Positions 36,624 through 46,320 of a stretch of 64,000 bases of DNA are shown piece by piece (the first letter of the stretch is position 1; each line of letters begins with the position of its first letter). The notes below the pieces were generated by a model. That model was not told the origin of the DNA and made no database searches. It worked only from the letters and a program-made list of their open reading frames with translations. The stretch lies in the NCBI GenBank assembly GCA_023229365.1, contig JALNZK010000002.1, forward strand, positions 190,343-254,342. The letters run 5' to 3'. The DNA comes from Pseudomonadota bacterium (GTDB lineage Bacteria; Myxococcota_A; Polyangia; JAAYKL01). A program made the position numbers and the translations under genes.

Positions 36624-37238
36624 TTGATGAATCGACTTATCTTTATTATAATTATACTGAATCAGATATTAATGGCAACTCTTGTTCATTGCAAAAGATA
36701 TCCTGTGCCGGAAAGTTTTATGATACAAAACTTCCCCACCATTACACAACCAGATGATATTTCTTGTGGACCCACAAGTTGTGTAATGGTTGCTGAATAT
36801 TATGGCAAAAAACTAACGGTTGTAGAAGCAAAAAAACTCGGGAAAACTATCTGGGGAACATATAAAGGAAAAGAAATAGGCATGACATCTCCAGATTATG
36901 TTCCTGTTATTTTGCAAAAAGTGGGTTTATCTATCACGTTAGAAAAAGGTAATCTAAATAAATTGCAGCATTATGTCTCCCTCAATAAGCCAATTATGGT
37001 GCTTGTGCGTACTGGGGATAAATTTTGGCATTATGTAGTAGTTATTGGCTATAATCAAGATAAAATCTTTATTTCTGACCCTGGTTTTGGCGAAATTTAC
37101 AGCATATCGAATAAAGATTTCTTGTCCGCATGGAGTTTTTCTGGTACTTTGCGTGGCGAAAAAATACCAACAAATTTGTATGGAATGATAGTAGAATGGG
37201 CAGATGTTAAAGGAAATTTAATGTTTGTCCCTAAATAA
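36624..37238 (+). CDS. papain-like C39-family cysteine peptidase with signal/TM N-terminus
   Basis: QPDDISCGPTSCVMVAEYYG (compare C39 Qx5CGxAxLxM), WHYVVVIGYN (His) and IFISDPGFG (Asp). Confidence 0.45.
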   Translation: MMNRLIFIIIILNQILMATLVHCKRYPVPESFMIQNFPTITQPDDISCGPTSCVMVAEYYGKKLTVVEAKKLGKTIWGTYKGKEIGMTSPDYVPVILQKVGLSITLEKGNLNKLQHYVSLNKPIMVLVRTGDKFWHYVVVIGYNQDKIFISDPGFGEIYSISNKDFLSAWSFSGTLRGEKIPTNLYGMIVEWADVKGNLMFVPK

Positions 37239-37986
37239 TAATATGAATTTCAAACAATGGCTAGAATCAGTAGGAATTATAGGCTCTGTACCCGAAGCTT
37301 TAAGCACTTTGGGGCTAAAACCAGGGGCATCTAAAGAAGAAATTGCAAAAGCATTTAGAGCAATGTCTATGCGACACCATTCTGATGTAGGCGGCTCTGA
37401 TACTATACAAAAACGACTTAATGCTGCATTTGACCTGTTAAAGAGTCGTGATTTTCAGACGGCTGGCGGTAGAGGACCAGAGTGGAATCCACCTGAACCT
37501 CCTAGATGGGATGGAAGCAATGGGCCGGGAGCACGTTGGGCTGCTTATCAACAAAGAAGAAATAATGATTTGCCACCTTGGCAAACAGACGAAAGATCAT
37601 CTAATAACTCAGTTGGCGGCAGTCGCAAAAACATTAATTATTGCTTGAAGGAAATATATGAAAAAGCAATGGAAAATGGCGGCAATGTTAAAAAATATAC
37701 TTTTGACGCTTTTGATGGAAGATTTTTCAGAGGAATATTCACTGCTTATTGCAACCCACAAACATTAGGCTTTGCTGGCGAAGTAATGGATGATTGGAAT
37801 AGTAAGGGAGCTAATTCATACGAAACTTATGCGGTACTAGCATCAAGAGACAATTCTGCACTTCTTGTTCGGTTACGAGGAAAAGATGTGTCAAATATGC
37901 ATATGGGCTGGGAATTTTCCAATGAAGATAGAAATAGTGAGCATTGGAGAAGAGAATTTAAAAAAGAATTAGATGAAATTCAATAG
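37225..37986 (+). CDS. J-domain-like protein with degenerate HSD tripeptide
   Basis: KEEIAKAFRAMSMRHHSDVGGS resembles a DnaJ J-domain but HPD is replaced by HSD. Confidence 0.35.
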   Translation: MSLNNNMNFKQWLESVGIIGSVPEALSTLGLKPGASKEEIAKAFRAMSMRHHSDVGGSDTIQKRLNAAFDLLKSRDFQTAGGRGPEWNPPEPPRWDGSNGPGARWAAYQQRRNNDLPPWQTDERSSNNSVGGSRKNINYCLKEIYEKAMENGGNVKKYTFDAFDGRFFRGIFTAYCNPQTLGFAGEVMDDWNSKGANSYETYAVLASRDNSALLVRLRGKDVSNMHMGWEFSNEDRNSEHWRREFKKELDEIQ

Positions 37987-38066
37987 TTCATACTACATTA
38001 AATTTACATTCCGGTGAAATATTCAATTTCACCACTTATCACACCTTTTTATAAATCGGAGGTTCT

Positions 38067-38651
38067 ATGTCTCAGAGTATGGGCATTGGTGCTCTTGGCG
38101 GCGGCGACGTAACATTCGCCAGAAAGTTTCGTTGGATACTTTCAAGTAAAGAAATTCCTTTAGAGATTATAACACAAACCGTTCATGTAGATTTTATTAA
38201 TAAGTTTTTAAAACTTGATATAATGATGGTTTATTGCGAAAACAAGGATGTAATGGTCGATGAATGGCTAGGAAAAATAATTGACAAAACGATTAGAGAA
38301 AAACTTTGTCTCACCACATATGACGGATGTGGCAATGCTTTAGATCAATATACATTTGATATTGACGACGTGAAAGAACAAGCAATGGATTTCGATTACG
38401 CCAGCAACGATGTTCTTAATATGAATGTAGTCTTGTCATTTAGACAATATGGGCGTCAGTTTTGCCTTAGGAAAAAACTTGGCGACAAACTTGAAGCAAC
38501 GAAATGCTCGACAACACTGCCGCCACCGGGCGAGCTTAAAAGACTTAAAGATTTAAATGGGACTTTTGAAGAAACAACAGTCCATCACTTAAATGGCTCA
38601 GTCGTATTGCCAGGAAGGTTTATAAACAAAAATGAACTATCAAGACAATAA
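38067..38651 (+). CDS. hypothetical protein
   Basis: 194 aa ORF. Confidence 0.35.
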   Translation: MSQSMGIGALGGGDVTFARKFRWILSSKEIPLEIITQTVHVDFINKFLKLDIMMVYCENKDVMVDEWLGKIIDKTIREKLCLTTYDGCGNALDQYTFDIDDVKEQAMDFDYASNDVLNMNVVLSFRQYGRQFCLRKKLGDKLEATKCSTTLPPPGELKRLKDLNGTFEETTVHHLNGSVVLPGRFINKNELSRQ

Positions 38652-38819
38652 TTTGGGGAATAGCAAACCCCAGAGTTGCAAAACCCAGATTGCGTAGTGA
38701 TTTTTTCCAATACTTGTCCCAGGAAGAACCATCAGCCCGTTTGAAAATTAAGCCTGTGCCGAATATTAGCACAACTATAAATACATATAGGGCTGCTACC
38801 ACCCAATAATTTGGAAGAC

Positions 38820-39161
38820 TCATAAGGACTCAACGGTAATGGTGATGCGATAAGATTTATTACGTCCCACTTTTAATTTCTTCATGATGTCATCGGGGTA
38901 AAGACGGGCAAGAGTTGCCTTGGCCATTCTAATGGAGGTTTTGTGATATTCCTCTAGCCCGTCTTCTACCTCTTCATTCTCGCAAGTTTGCACTGCACGT
39001 AAAAAATCTACATCCATAGCATGTGATTTTTTACCAACGATAGCCTTTCGTTGGTCCACGGGAACATCATCCCAACAGAAACATTCTGAATCGCCACTTT
39101 GACGACCTATAAATGATATACTACGGCTCATCCCGTTCGCTCCCTTCCGCATTTTGCACAA
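38820..39161 (-). CDS. hypothetical protein
   Basis: 113 aa ORF. Confidence 0.3.
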   Translation of the reverse strand: MCKMRKGANGMSRSISFIGRQSGDSECFCWDDVPVDQRKAIVGKKSHAMDVDFLRAVQTCENEEVEDGLEEYHKTSIRMAKATLARLYPDDIMKKLKVGRNKSYRITITVESL

Positions 39162-39421
39162 CGAAAAGGCCCTGTGTAAAGAAACCCTTCAAGTCTTGTG
39201 AGATTTGGTGGAGGAACTGGTTTCATTCCTTTTGGGAATGGAATCCTCTCACGAAGAACATCTTCATAATAGTCGCAATCACAAATGACTGGACGATTTG
39301 CAGAACGATCTTCAGGCATATTATTCCTGCGGAGCGGGCTCTCTATGGATAGCGTCGAACACTTCACGGCGATGGACGGGCACCTCCTTGGGGGCCTCGA
39401 CACCCAATCGTACCTTGTCAC
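39128..39421 (-). CDS. hypothetical small protein with C-terminal CxxC
   Basis: 97 aa, ends ...[10 protein letters not shown]. Confidence 0.3.
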   Translation of the reverse strand: MTRYDWVSRPPRRCPSIAVKCSTLSIESPLRRNNMPEDRSANRPVICDCDYYEDVLRERIPFPKGMKPVPPPNLTRLEGFLYTGPFRCAKCGRERTG

Positions 39422-39564
39422 CTCTAATCTCCACTACAGTGATTGTAATATCGTCGTTGATTACAATCGATTCGTTTTTCTTGCGGCTAAGTACCAGCAT
39501 GATACACTCCTTTGTTGAAGAAAGTAACTAAACTAAGTATAGCAACTTGAAGGTCAACTGTCAA

Positions 39565-39885
39565 TTACACTTTAAAGGATAGCTCGCTGCCTGGACTCGC
39601 TTCATCGATCTCTATAACCCTATAATTACATATGCCCGAGACCAAATAGCCTATTACAGCTTGTTGTCGGCTATCAAGTTGTCTTTTCAAATCAGCAATG
39701 TCATCCAACATTTGGTCAGGACAGTCTCCAAAATCAGCAAACTCTTCCGCCATTTGAACCACTAAATCAATGCATTTCTTATATGGTTTTGGACCTTTTT
39801 TACAAGGTGTTTTGATTGCTGTTTTTTTCTTTGGTGTTTTTTTCACTGATGTTTTTTTATTCATAATTTTCCTTATTTTTAACAT
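39565..39885 (-). CDS. hypothetical basic/acidic bipartite protein
   Basis: 106 aa. Lys-rich N-terminus. Confidence 0.3.
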   Translation of the reverse strand: MLKIRKIMNKKTSVKKTPKKKTAIKTPCKKGPKPYKKCIDLVVQMAEEFADFGDCPDQMLDDIADLKRQLDSRQQAVIGYLVSGICNYRVIEIDEASPGSELSFKV

Positions 39886-40325
39886 GCATATTCTCCTGTG
39901 AAAAAATCTGCCTCCCTTCCAAAGAGAGCCATCATTTTTTCATTCACTTCTTTAAGCTCATCTAATCGATTCACAGCAGCCCTTTTGCCGCCTCGTCCTT
40001 TTAGATTATTACCTATATAGACACCATCACCCAAATCCGTTTCAGAATACAACACCCAACCAAGCTCATTGAGTTTTTCTTCTCTTTCTTCATAGTCGGG
40101 GGCTTTGTGTCCACGTACTGTGCGATACGACTTTACGCCACACTCAGGACAGAATTTCATATTGCCCCGATTAAATTCATGTTTGCAATTGGGCACCTGT
40201 GTGTCGGGTTCTGGTTTGAAATCGGGAAACAAAACTTTGGTTAACTCATCCCAAGTAGTTTGCACCCCAAAAATAGAAAAAGAACTGCTACTGCTGTTAG
40301 ACACAAATCCCAAACGAACTTTCAT
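39879..40325 (-). CDS. MKxRxGFVSNSS-leader family protein, member 5 (with zinc ribbon)
   Basis: N-terminus MKVRLGFVSNSSSSSFSIFG, then CKHEFNRGNMKFCPECG. Confidence 0.5.
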   Translation of the reverse strand: MKVRLGFVSNSSSSSFSIFGVQTTWDELTKVLFPDFKPEPDTQVPNCKHEFNRGNMKFCPECGVKSYRTVRGHKAPDYEEREEKLNELGWVLYSETDLGDGVYIGNNLKGRGGKRAAVNRLDELKEVNEKMMALFGREADFFTGEYAC

Positions 40326-40334
40326 GGTTTTCTC

Positions 40335-40541
40335 CTAATGGTCAGATAATTCGTGCCAAGGCACCCAATTGTCGGGTACTTCTACTGGTTCTCTAAACTG
40401 ATAATTGTGTTGCTCACCATCTTCCTGAGCAGATTCCTTTGTGTCGAAAGGCCCTCTGGGAATCCAATTATGGTCACATCTAAAATACCAGTAAACCCAT
40501 TTCATAGAGCCTCTTATACCATAAAGTTTATGATTGTGCAA
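40335..40541 (-). CDS. hypothetical small protein
   Basis: 68 aa. Confidence 0.3.
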   Translation of the reverse strand: MHNHKLYGIRGSMKWVYWYFRCDHNWIPRGPFDTKESAQEDGEQHNYQFREPVEVPDNWVPWHELSDH

Positions 40542-40727
40542 GGTATATAGAAATAGGAGGACAAAACAATGTTAGCATTACTTTGTGTTATTGTGGGGGC
40601 TTTTCTTTTAGGCAAAGCATTTGCCAAGAAGAATAATCAAGAAAAGGGTATTGTCGTTATTTTGGGCGGAACTCTTTTACTAATCTACTTTTTCCCTGGG
40701 ATTGCACTATTGATTCTGGGATTAGTA

Positions 40728-41099
40728 TTATTGTCGTTCTTTGGGGTGAGTTTTGGATTTTAAAGTTACAATAATAGCTCCTAAATTCCAATCATTTTCC
40801 ACCGCATAAGAAAAATTATGTCGATCTAGCACATCTTTGACTAATTGCTGCATTATTGGGCTGTTGCCCGTTATTATCCGAGCAGGCAGATTTTTGAGAA
40901 AAACAAAATTCTCAACCAATCTGTCTACTTGATGATGCCTAACACTATGTAGGTCTAATTCATCCATAGCGGAGACTAAAGGAATCGAACCTTCACCGGG
41001 GTTTAAGCCGGGCTTGTTTTCGAAACAAGTGCGACAAAGCCAATATTCGCCTAATCTCCATTTTTTGTCAATTCGTTCCAAGAACCAATTCTTTTCCAA
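40728..41099 (-). CDS. hypothetical protein
   Basis: 123 aa. Confidence 0.3.
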   Translation of the reverse strand: MEKNWFLERIDKKWRLGEYWLCRTCFENKPGLNPGEGSIPLVSAMDELDLHSVRHHQVDRLVENFVFLKNLPARIITGNSPIMQQLVKDVLDRHNFSYAVENDWNLGAIIVTLKSKTHPKERQ

Positions 41100-41497
41100 T
41101 GAACACTGCCTTTGGAAAGTTTATTGAAAAACGCCTGTGTTATACAAACCTCACAATTTTGTATAAACATCTCTCCTTCTTCTGCTTTTAAAGGATCGTT
41201 CCATCTATTTCCATCAAACAGAGCTATTAGAACAAAAGTCTCACTGGCCACCTGTGCCAGTATCCAATAGCCATGTTCATTATGAAATATATCACCACTT
41301 TTATACATCATTGGTGGTAATCTACAGAGCGTTGGTTTGCCCAAGGGAATTTCAGCACAGGGATTTTGCACTTTGGATCGAACCTTTGGTTCCAATGGAA
41401 TTTCACTGTAATAGTCCCAATTACGATTCTGTCCATATTGTTCTTCCAACCACTTATTATAGCATTCTTCGTCTTCAATGTATGGATTGGAATACAT
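41051..41497 (-). CDS. hypothetical protein
   Basis: 148 aa. Confidence 0.3.
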   Translation of the reverse strand: MYSNPYIEDEECYNKWLEEQYGQNRNWDYYSEIPLEPKVRSKVQNPCAEIPLGKPTLCRLPPMMYKSGDIFHNEHGYWILAQVASETFVLIALFDGNRWNDPLKAEEGEMFIQNCEVCITQAFFNKLSKGSVHWKRIGSWNELTKNGD

Positions 41498-41499
41498 GC

Positions 41500-42117
41500 T
41501 TATTTTTTCACAAATGAGAAACCAGCAAGGTCTTCATTTTGGCTTTCTCTGTCTTGGTCGAAACCATGAAAAAGATGATCCAATATTGCTTTGCTGTCTA
41601 CCAATCCACAATGCTTGTAATGTACCACTTTCTCTCCACCATGTCGCACCACAACAATTATTGCTTTGATTCTAATGAGCCAATCTACCACATGCTTATA
41701 AAGCAATGCATCCATTCCCTTATCTGTCATTTCTTCTATTGTTAGTAATTCGTATTCCTTATAATAACCACGAGGGGTTATGATAAAACCACAACGATCA
41801 GGACGGAGGTTGGCTGCTAATTTCTTGTTTCGTAGCCATGTGCATTTATAATCTCTGCACAACTGGGGACGGGTTTCATAACAATCACAACCCCCACCCT
41901 CTCTTATGTATGCACACATTGCTTTTGCAGGTTTGTCCCCTTGTTCAAAAAGAAAACAACAGGCATAACAATCACCACAACTATGTGGACGATCTCGAAA
42001 TAATTGCTGCTTTTTATTCCGCTCAGCAGCTTTCTTTTTCTTTTTTTCTAGCTTTTTATTCATAGTGCCCAGGACAGGAGTCGAACCTGCACGGGATTGC
42101 TCCCGCCAGCCCCTCAA
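41500..42117 (-). CDS. Cys-rich hypothetical protein
   Basis: CGDCYACCF...CDCY...CTW. Confidence 0.35.
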   Translation of the reverse strand: MRGWREQSRAGSTPVLGTMNKKLEKKKKKAAERNKKQQLFRDRPHSCGDCYACCFLFEQGDKPAKAMCAYIREGGGCDCYETRPQLCRDYKCTWLRNKKLAANLRPDRCGFIITPRGYYKEYELLTIEEMTDKGMDALLYKHVVDWLIRIKAIIVVVRHGGEKVVHYKHCGLVDSKAILDHLFHGFDQDRESQNEDLAGFSFVKK

Positions 42118-42148
42118 GCTGGTGCGGCTGCCATTTCGCCACCTGGGC
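42066..42148 (-). tRNA. tRNA-Leu (anticodon GAG), class II
   Basis: Hand fold: acceptor gcccagg/cctgggc, anticodon loop ttGAGgg, long variable arm, T-loop GGTTCGACTCC, discriminator A. Confidence 0.6.
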
Positions 42149-42769
42149 TTACAAATGTTGCTTATCTATCCAACCCCTGCTTTTTCTTCCTTTGCCACGA
42201 TTTCTTCCAGCGAAGGTAGGCAATTGCATATCGCAGTTACCACAAACCAACCTTACATTTTCTAATCTATGGTCTTCGGGATCGCCGTTGATGTGATCCA
42301 AAATAAGCGGGATAGGTTTTCCCATCCATTCGCTATTATTGCAGATTTCACATTGCCTTCCTCTAGTTTCAGCTAAATACTTTTTCGCCATGCTCGGATT
42401 ATATCCGTAACCACAATTGGTTGGCAACAAAGCATTACTACTCTCGATCAATTCCTTCTTTTTCTTCCATTTCGATTCATTATTGCAGGCGTAGGAACAG
42501 TATTTTTTGTTCGTGGTTAAAGAGCCACAATTTAAACACTTGCAAAGTACCGGGCTTTGGGTGTTCCTCGCCACTCCTTTGTTGTTGAAGCTTGCCGAAC
42601 AGCCACTACTACAGAAGTCATTCCTTCTTTTCTCATACGCTATTGTGAGTCCACAATTTTTACATAATTTAGGCTTCAGCAAGTACCGATCAAGGCATCT
42701 TTTGTGCTTTTCTCGCTGATAATGTCTGTTTTTTAATCCGCCTAATCTTCCACATTCGCTTTTATTCAT
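42149..42769 (-). CDS. HNH endonuclease with N-terminal zinc-ribbon repeats
   Basis: ILDHINGDPEDHRLENVRLVCGNCDMQ (HNH). CKNCGLTIAYEKRRNDFCSSGC and CLNCGS...YCSYAC modules. Confidence 0.55.
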   Translation of the reverse strand: MNKSECGRLGGLKNRHYQREKHKRCLDRYLLKPKLCKNCGLTIAYEKRRNDFCSSGCSASFNNKGVARNTQSPVLCKCLNCGSLTTNKKYCSYACNNESKWKKKKELIESSNALLPTNCGYGYNPSMAKKYLAETRGRQCEICNNSEWMGKPIPLILDHINGDPEDHRLENVRLVCGNCDMQLPTFAGRNRGKGRKSRGWIDKQHL

Positions 42770-42927
42770 TGCTACCTCTGTTTCTTGAAAATAATTATAA
42801 GATTATATAGTAATCCTACATTCATTTTTCGAGAAACAAATTTGGCAAGAGCTACTTATTGGAATTACACCAATGCCTTCGCATTACGAGTGCGATATAC
42901 TGCTGACTATACGAAAGTAGCATAAGC

Positions 42928-43013
42928 GGAAGGTGTGGGAGTCGAACCCACAAGGCTTTTTACACTCGTCCGCTTTCCAAGCGGGTGCCGTCGCCAATCG
43001 GCTAGACCTTCCT
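42928..43013 (-). tRNA. tRNA-Ser (GGA), class II
   Basis: Acceptor ggaaggt/accttcc, anticodon loop ttGGAaa, long variable arm, T-loop GGTTCGACTCC. Confidence 0.55.
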
Positions 43014-43319
43014 TTTAAACAACTCTGGATTTTCTGCTACAATGCGTTTTGTTTCTTCGTGACGCAACCGCCAATCCTCTTCTTCCTGGGCCATATCACG
43101 AATCAACTGCCCAGTAGCCAGAAATTTGTCCACACAATCATCACAGATGCCGAAAATAAATCGTTCTAAATCATGTCTCGACCCATAGCCAGCCATGAAA
43201 CCATCCACGTTAGCATCATCCCAGCAACTGCTTTGCGGCGTGCCATCCGACGTTTCGGGGTAGGGTTGCAATTGCTTGCAACAGCCTATACAGAGGATTT
43301 TAACATCTTTTGCCTTCAT
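43002..43319 (-). CDS. Cys-rich small protein (start trimmed to an internal Met to clear the tRNA)
   Basis: MKAKDVKILCIGCCKQ...CDDCVDKF. The ORF-track N-terminus overlaps tRNA-Ser(UGA). Confidence 0.35.
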   Translation of the reverse strand: MKAKDVKILCIGCCKQLQPYPETSDGTPQSSCWDDANVDGFMAGYGSRHDLERFIFGICDDCVDKFLATGQLIRDMAQEEEDWRLRHEETKRIVAENPELFKRKV

Positions 43320-43331
43320 TACAATCTCCAG

Positions 43332-43414
43332 CGGAAGCGACAGGATTCGAACCTGCAACCCGTCTTAGGGGCAACGGTTTTCAAGACCGCCCGCTAACCA
43401 TTCGCCTCGCTTCC
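43332..43414 (-). tRNA. tRNA-Ser (UGA), class II
   Basis: Acceptor ggaagcg/cgcttcc, anticodon loop ctTGAaa, long variable arm, T-loop GGTTCGAATCC. Confidence 0.55.
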
Positions 43415-43680
43415 TAATGAGCCTCAAATCCCTTCTTCTCAATATCCTGTTTAATTTGTTCTATTACCTTAGTTCTGTTCACATAAGATTGGATCACGTA
43501 TTGTCTGCCACTTGATGTAGTCAATTCGTTTGTTTCCTCATCAAAAACTTTAGGTGTAGAAACAAACACCGATTTTCCATCTTCAAAATTAGGATGCCCA
43601 TAGACTTGCCCAGATAGCCTCCAAACATCCATCCCACAACCTAATTCCATTTCGTATTTTGCATTTTCTAATATAACCAT
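43414..43680 (-). CDS. hypothetical small protein
   Basis: 88 aa. Confidence 0.3.
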   Translation of the reverse strand: MVILENAKYEMELGCGMDVWRLSGQVYGHPNFEDGKSVFVSTPKVFDEETNELTTSSGRQYVIQSYVNRTKVIEQIKQDIEKKGFEAH

Positions 43681-44105
43681 TAAAAATTTCCTTCTGTCAT
43701 GGCTTTGACAAATGCTTTTGCCATCACCATCCCGCCAGTTGTGGGAACAAATCTCGCAATTGGTGAATAAAAATCAGGATTGTTGGAAAAATGTGGATCA
43801 ATACTACCTTGTGCCAATAAATCCGCCACTGTTCCCTCAGCATAGACCAAGATTTTTACACCCTCAAAGTTTGTGCAATCAGGATATTTAATCCTGACAA
43901 TCAAAAATTCTCCAATTTGTTCCGAATATAAAATCTCAAAATTCTTTGGATTAGGATTCGGAAATTTCTTTTTTGCCTTCCTCCTCCCCTGTGTTTGCAC
44001 CTGACAAGTCTCTGGTGATTGCTGCTGGTTACAATTGCAATATACAACCGTTGGCTTATCGTATGAAGAAGAACTGCCACCAAAACCAAGTCCCATGATT
44101 AGCAT
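43680..44105 (-). CDS. hypothetical protein
   Basis: 141 aa. Confidence 0.3.
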   Translation of the reverse strand: MLIMGLGFGGSSSSYDKPTVVYCNCNQQQSPETCQVQTQGRRKAKKKFPNPNPKNFEILYSEQIGEFLIVRIKYPDCTNFEGVKILVYAEGTVADLLAQGSIDPHFSNNPDFYSPIARFVPTTGGMVMAKAFVKAMTEGNF

Positions 44106-45523
44106 GCCTCCTTTTGTAATTTAGCATCCCTGCGAGCTTTCTTTAATCTATTCGAACAACTTACAGAGCAGGTTTCGTGAGTTGCTTTGCGTTTGGTGTA
44201 CACTTTTTTACACACCAAACAACGAGCCGTTTTTTTTGCCACTGAAGCTTTGAAACATTCTTGGCTGCAAAATCTTGATTGGGCTTTTGTTCTTGCATGA
44301 AACTTTTGACGACAAAATTCACAACAGTAAATTGGCCACGATTGTTTTCGACATTCTTCACTGCAATACTTGGCACCATTTGATTGTTTGGAAAGAATCT
44401 TAAATATATTGCCACAAATTTTGCATTTCTTTTTTGTCAAAAGTCCTTTTGCCGATGCCTCTACATTCTCTTTCTTTAACTGTTGGATTTTATAATAATC
44501 AGTGTTCCAACACTTTTTACTGCAATACATTTGTGTGGCATAATTTACGCCAAATTCTTTTTTGCAACAAATGCAAATTCTTTTGTTTTTTCCACGTTTT
44601 CTGTGTTTTTCTGCCCACCAAGCATTACAACATTTTTTTGAGCAAAATAATGAAATATAGGATTTTGGCTTAAATATATTCCCACAATTCTTGCAGGGAC
44701 GTGGATTCAGCAGTTCTGGGAACTTTCGCCTCACCAAGCTTTTGCATTTTACACTACAATATATCTTTCTAGAGGTTGGTACATCAAACACGTTTCCACA
44801 AATACATATCCTGCGTTGCTCTAGCCACCGCAACACTTTTTTCAAACGTATGCGAATTGCTTCTTTGGTTAGTCCTAATTCATCGCCTATCTCTTTAAGG
44901 GTCATTCTGCGACCCTTCAAACCGTAATATCGAAAAAGGACATCTCTGTATTTTTTAGGTATTTGTTTACGACGCACTAAAGACAACACTTCGTCAACCT
45001 GTTTTGCAACTTCGCTTTGTTGTCCTCTGTTAATATTATCAATTGGCTCTAAGGTTTTGTCTTCTTCAATACAACAACTAAAAGACCCAACAGTTTTTAC
45101 TTTATTTATTTGTTGAAGAAGGGCTTCGTCTTTTGAAGATATTTCTTCTTTATCTTGAGATAGCCGAAATGCTCTTTTGTTTGCCCATTGCGGGATATAA
45201 ATAATTTTTTTCTGAGCACGGGCATCATTTATAGCATGTTCAACCGCTGTGCTGACATAAGTTGACAGCTTTGCTGTGATTCCATCCCAATGATCTACAG
45301 CACGACATATGGCTATGCTGGCTTCTGTTAAAAACTCATCATCTATTTCTTTGCCCTTACAGGCGTCTCTTACTTTGCTAAACGCTAGACGCAAACAAGA
45401 TTCGATGAGCTTGTGTCTTGCTTCTTGGTTGCCTGCCTTTGCTTTTGGAAGCAATTCCAAACACTCTTGATGACTTAGTATTTTGACATGTTTTAAATCA
45501 TTTAAATAAGCATCAATATCCAC
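44099..45523 (-). CDS. sigma-70-family sigma factor with C-terminal zinc-ribbon repeat extension; start uncertain
   Basis: VLFRYYGLKGRRMTLKEIGDELGLTKEAIRIRLKKVLRWL (region 4 HTH), region 2-like KLIESCLRLAFSKVRD, then about 200 aa of CxxCGNxF...YCSxKC repeats. The ORF-track start at 45619 overlaps a tRNA, and no ATG lies downstream of it. The first in-frame alternative is a GTG at 45523 (V of FIVDID), used here as the proposed start. Confidence 0.55.
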   Translation of the reverse strand: MDIDAYLNDLKHVKILSHQECLELLPKAKAGNQEARHKLIESCLRLAFSKVRDACKGKEIDDEFLTEASIAICRAVDHWDGITAKLSTYVSTAVEHAINDARAQKKIIYIPQWANKRAFRLSQDKEEISSKDEALLQQINKVKTVGSFSCCIEEDKTLEPIDNINRGQQSEVAKQVDEVLSLVRRKQIPKKYRDVLFRYYGLKGRRMTLKEIGDELGLTKEAIRIRLKKVLRWLEQRRICICGNVFDVPTSRKIYCSVKCKSLVRRKFPELLNPRPCKNCGNIFKPKSYISLFCSKKCCNAWWAEKHRKRGKNKRICICCKKEFGVNYATQMYCSKKCWNTDYYKIQQLKKENVEASAKGLLTKKKCKICGNIFKILSKQSNGAKYCSEECRKQSWPIYCCEFCRQKFHARTKAQSRFCSQECFKASVAKKTARCLVCKKVYTKRKATHETCSVSCSNRLKKARRDAKLQKEAC

Positions 45524-45558
45524 AATAAACTTCCTTGTGTTTGTATCATCTTGCAGAG

Positions 45559-45634
45559 TAGCACCAGGGGGATTCGAACCCACCACTACCCAGTGTTTAA
45601 AACTGGTGACTTCTGCCAATTGGTCTATGGTGCC
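45559..45634 (-). tRNA. class I tRNA-like gene, anticodon UAA (Leu-type anticodon, short variable arm)
   Basis: Hand fold: acceptor ggcacca/tggtgct with G1-U72, D-loop aattggcag, anticodon arm ccagt-ttTAAac-actgg, T-loop GGTTCGAATCC, discriminator A. Confidence 0.45.
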
Positions 45635-45639
45635 ATGAG

Positions 45640-45713
45640 TAGCGAGGAGGGGATTCGAACCCCTACTGTCTGGTTCCTAAGACCAGTGCCGCTGCCAATT
45701 GGGCTACCTCGCC
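45640..45713 (-). tRNA. class I tRNA-like gene, anticodon UAG (Leu-type anticodon, short variable arm)
   Basis: Anticodon arm ctggt-ctTAGga-accag. Backbone identical to the gene at 47763..47836 except the anticodon arm. Confidence 0.45.
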
Positions 45714-45715
45714 AT

Positions 45716-46033
45716 TTATGATTGTTCTATATCCTGAACATCAACTCTTTTCCTAAGTTCTTTGAAAATTTCGTGTGCAGCTTCTTTTCCAGTTGTTGCA
45801 GCATCAAGCTTCTTTATCAATTCTGTTGTGCCTAATTTCCACACAGCATATTCTTCATCGGTTTCACAGAGTATTAAATTCAGTTTACCAAACCGAACTA
45901 CAGTCGAATGAGGATTGTCAGACAACCTTCGTAACGATTGTGCTGTTCCTGTGTTGACTCGGATAACAAGGTCTACATCTGAGTTTGCGTTTGGCTTGCC
46001 GTAAGCTCTACTGCCCGTAATAAATGCGTTCAT
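45716..46033 (-). CDS. minimal nucleotidyltransferase (MNT/MntA-like)
   Basis: GSRAYGKPNANSDVDLVI (GSxxxGxxxxxSDxDL Pol-beta NTase motif). Confidence 0.5.
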   Translation of the reverse strand: MNAFITGSRAYGKPNANSDVDLVIRVNTGTAQSLRRLSDNPHSTVVRFGKLNLILCETDEEYAVWKLGTTELIKKLDAATTGKEAAHEIFKELRKRVDVQDIEQS

Positions 46034-46311
46034 TTTTTTACCTTGTCATCGTTCACTGGCCAATGCTTTCTGCCTTCTGAAACATGCTCTAATGCTTCTC
46101 GGATTATTTCAGGTGATTCCTCAATCTCAACAAAAGCCCACCCTGGCGGGCAATTGCCTACATTTTTCTTGGGAGATACCATCACCCCCAAGTGTTCGCC
46201 ACAAGTTGCTAGCCCGCCACCAATCGATTTGAGAAATTCCGCATAACTGAGATTATCTGGAACTTCCAAATCATTCCCATGTTCATCCTTGCGACCAATG
46301 ACTTTCATTTT
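46030..46311 (-). CDS. small protein overlapping the MNT gene by 4 nt; possible HEPN-like partner
   Basis: Contains REALEH (an Rx4H motif). Start trimmed to internal MKVIGRK to avoid the tRNA overlap. Weak call. Confidence 0.25.
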   Translation of the reverse strand, partial: KMKVIGRKDEHGNDLEVPDNLSYAEFLKSIGGGLATCGEHLGVMVSPKKNVGNCPPGWAFVEIEESPEIIREALEHVSEGRKHWPVNDDKVKK

Positions 46312-46320
46312 TTCTCCAAG

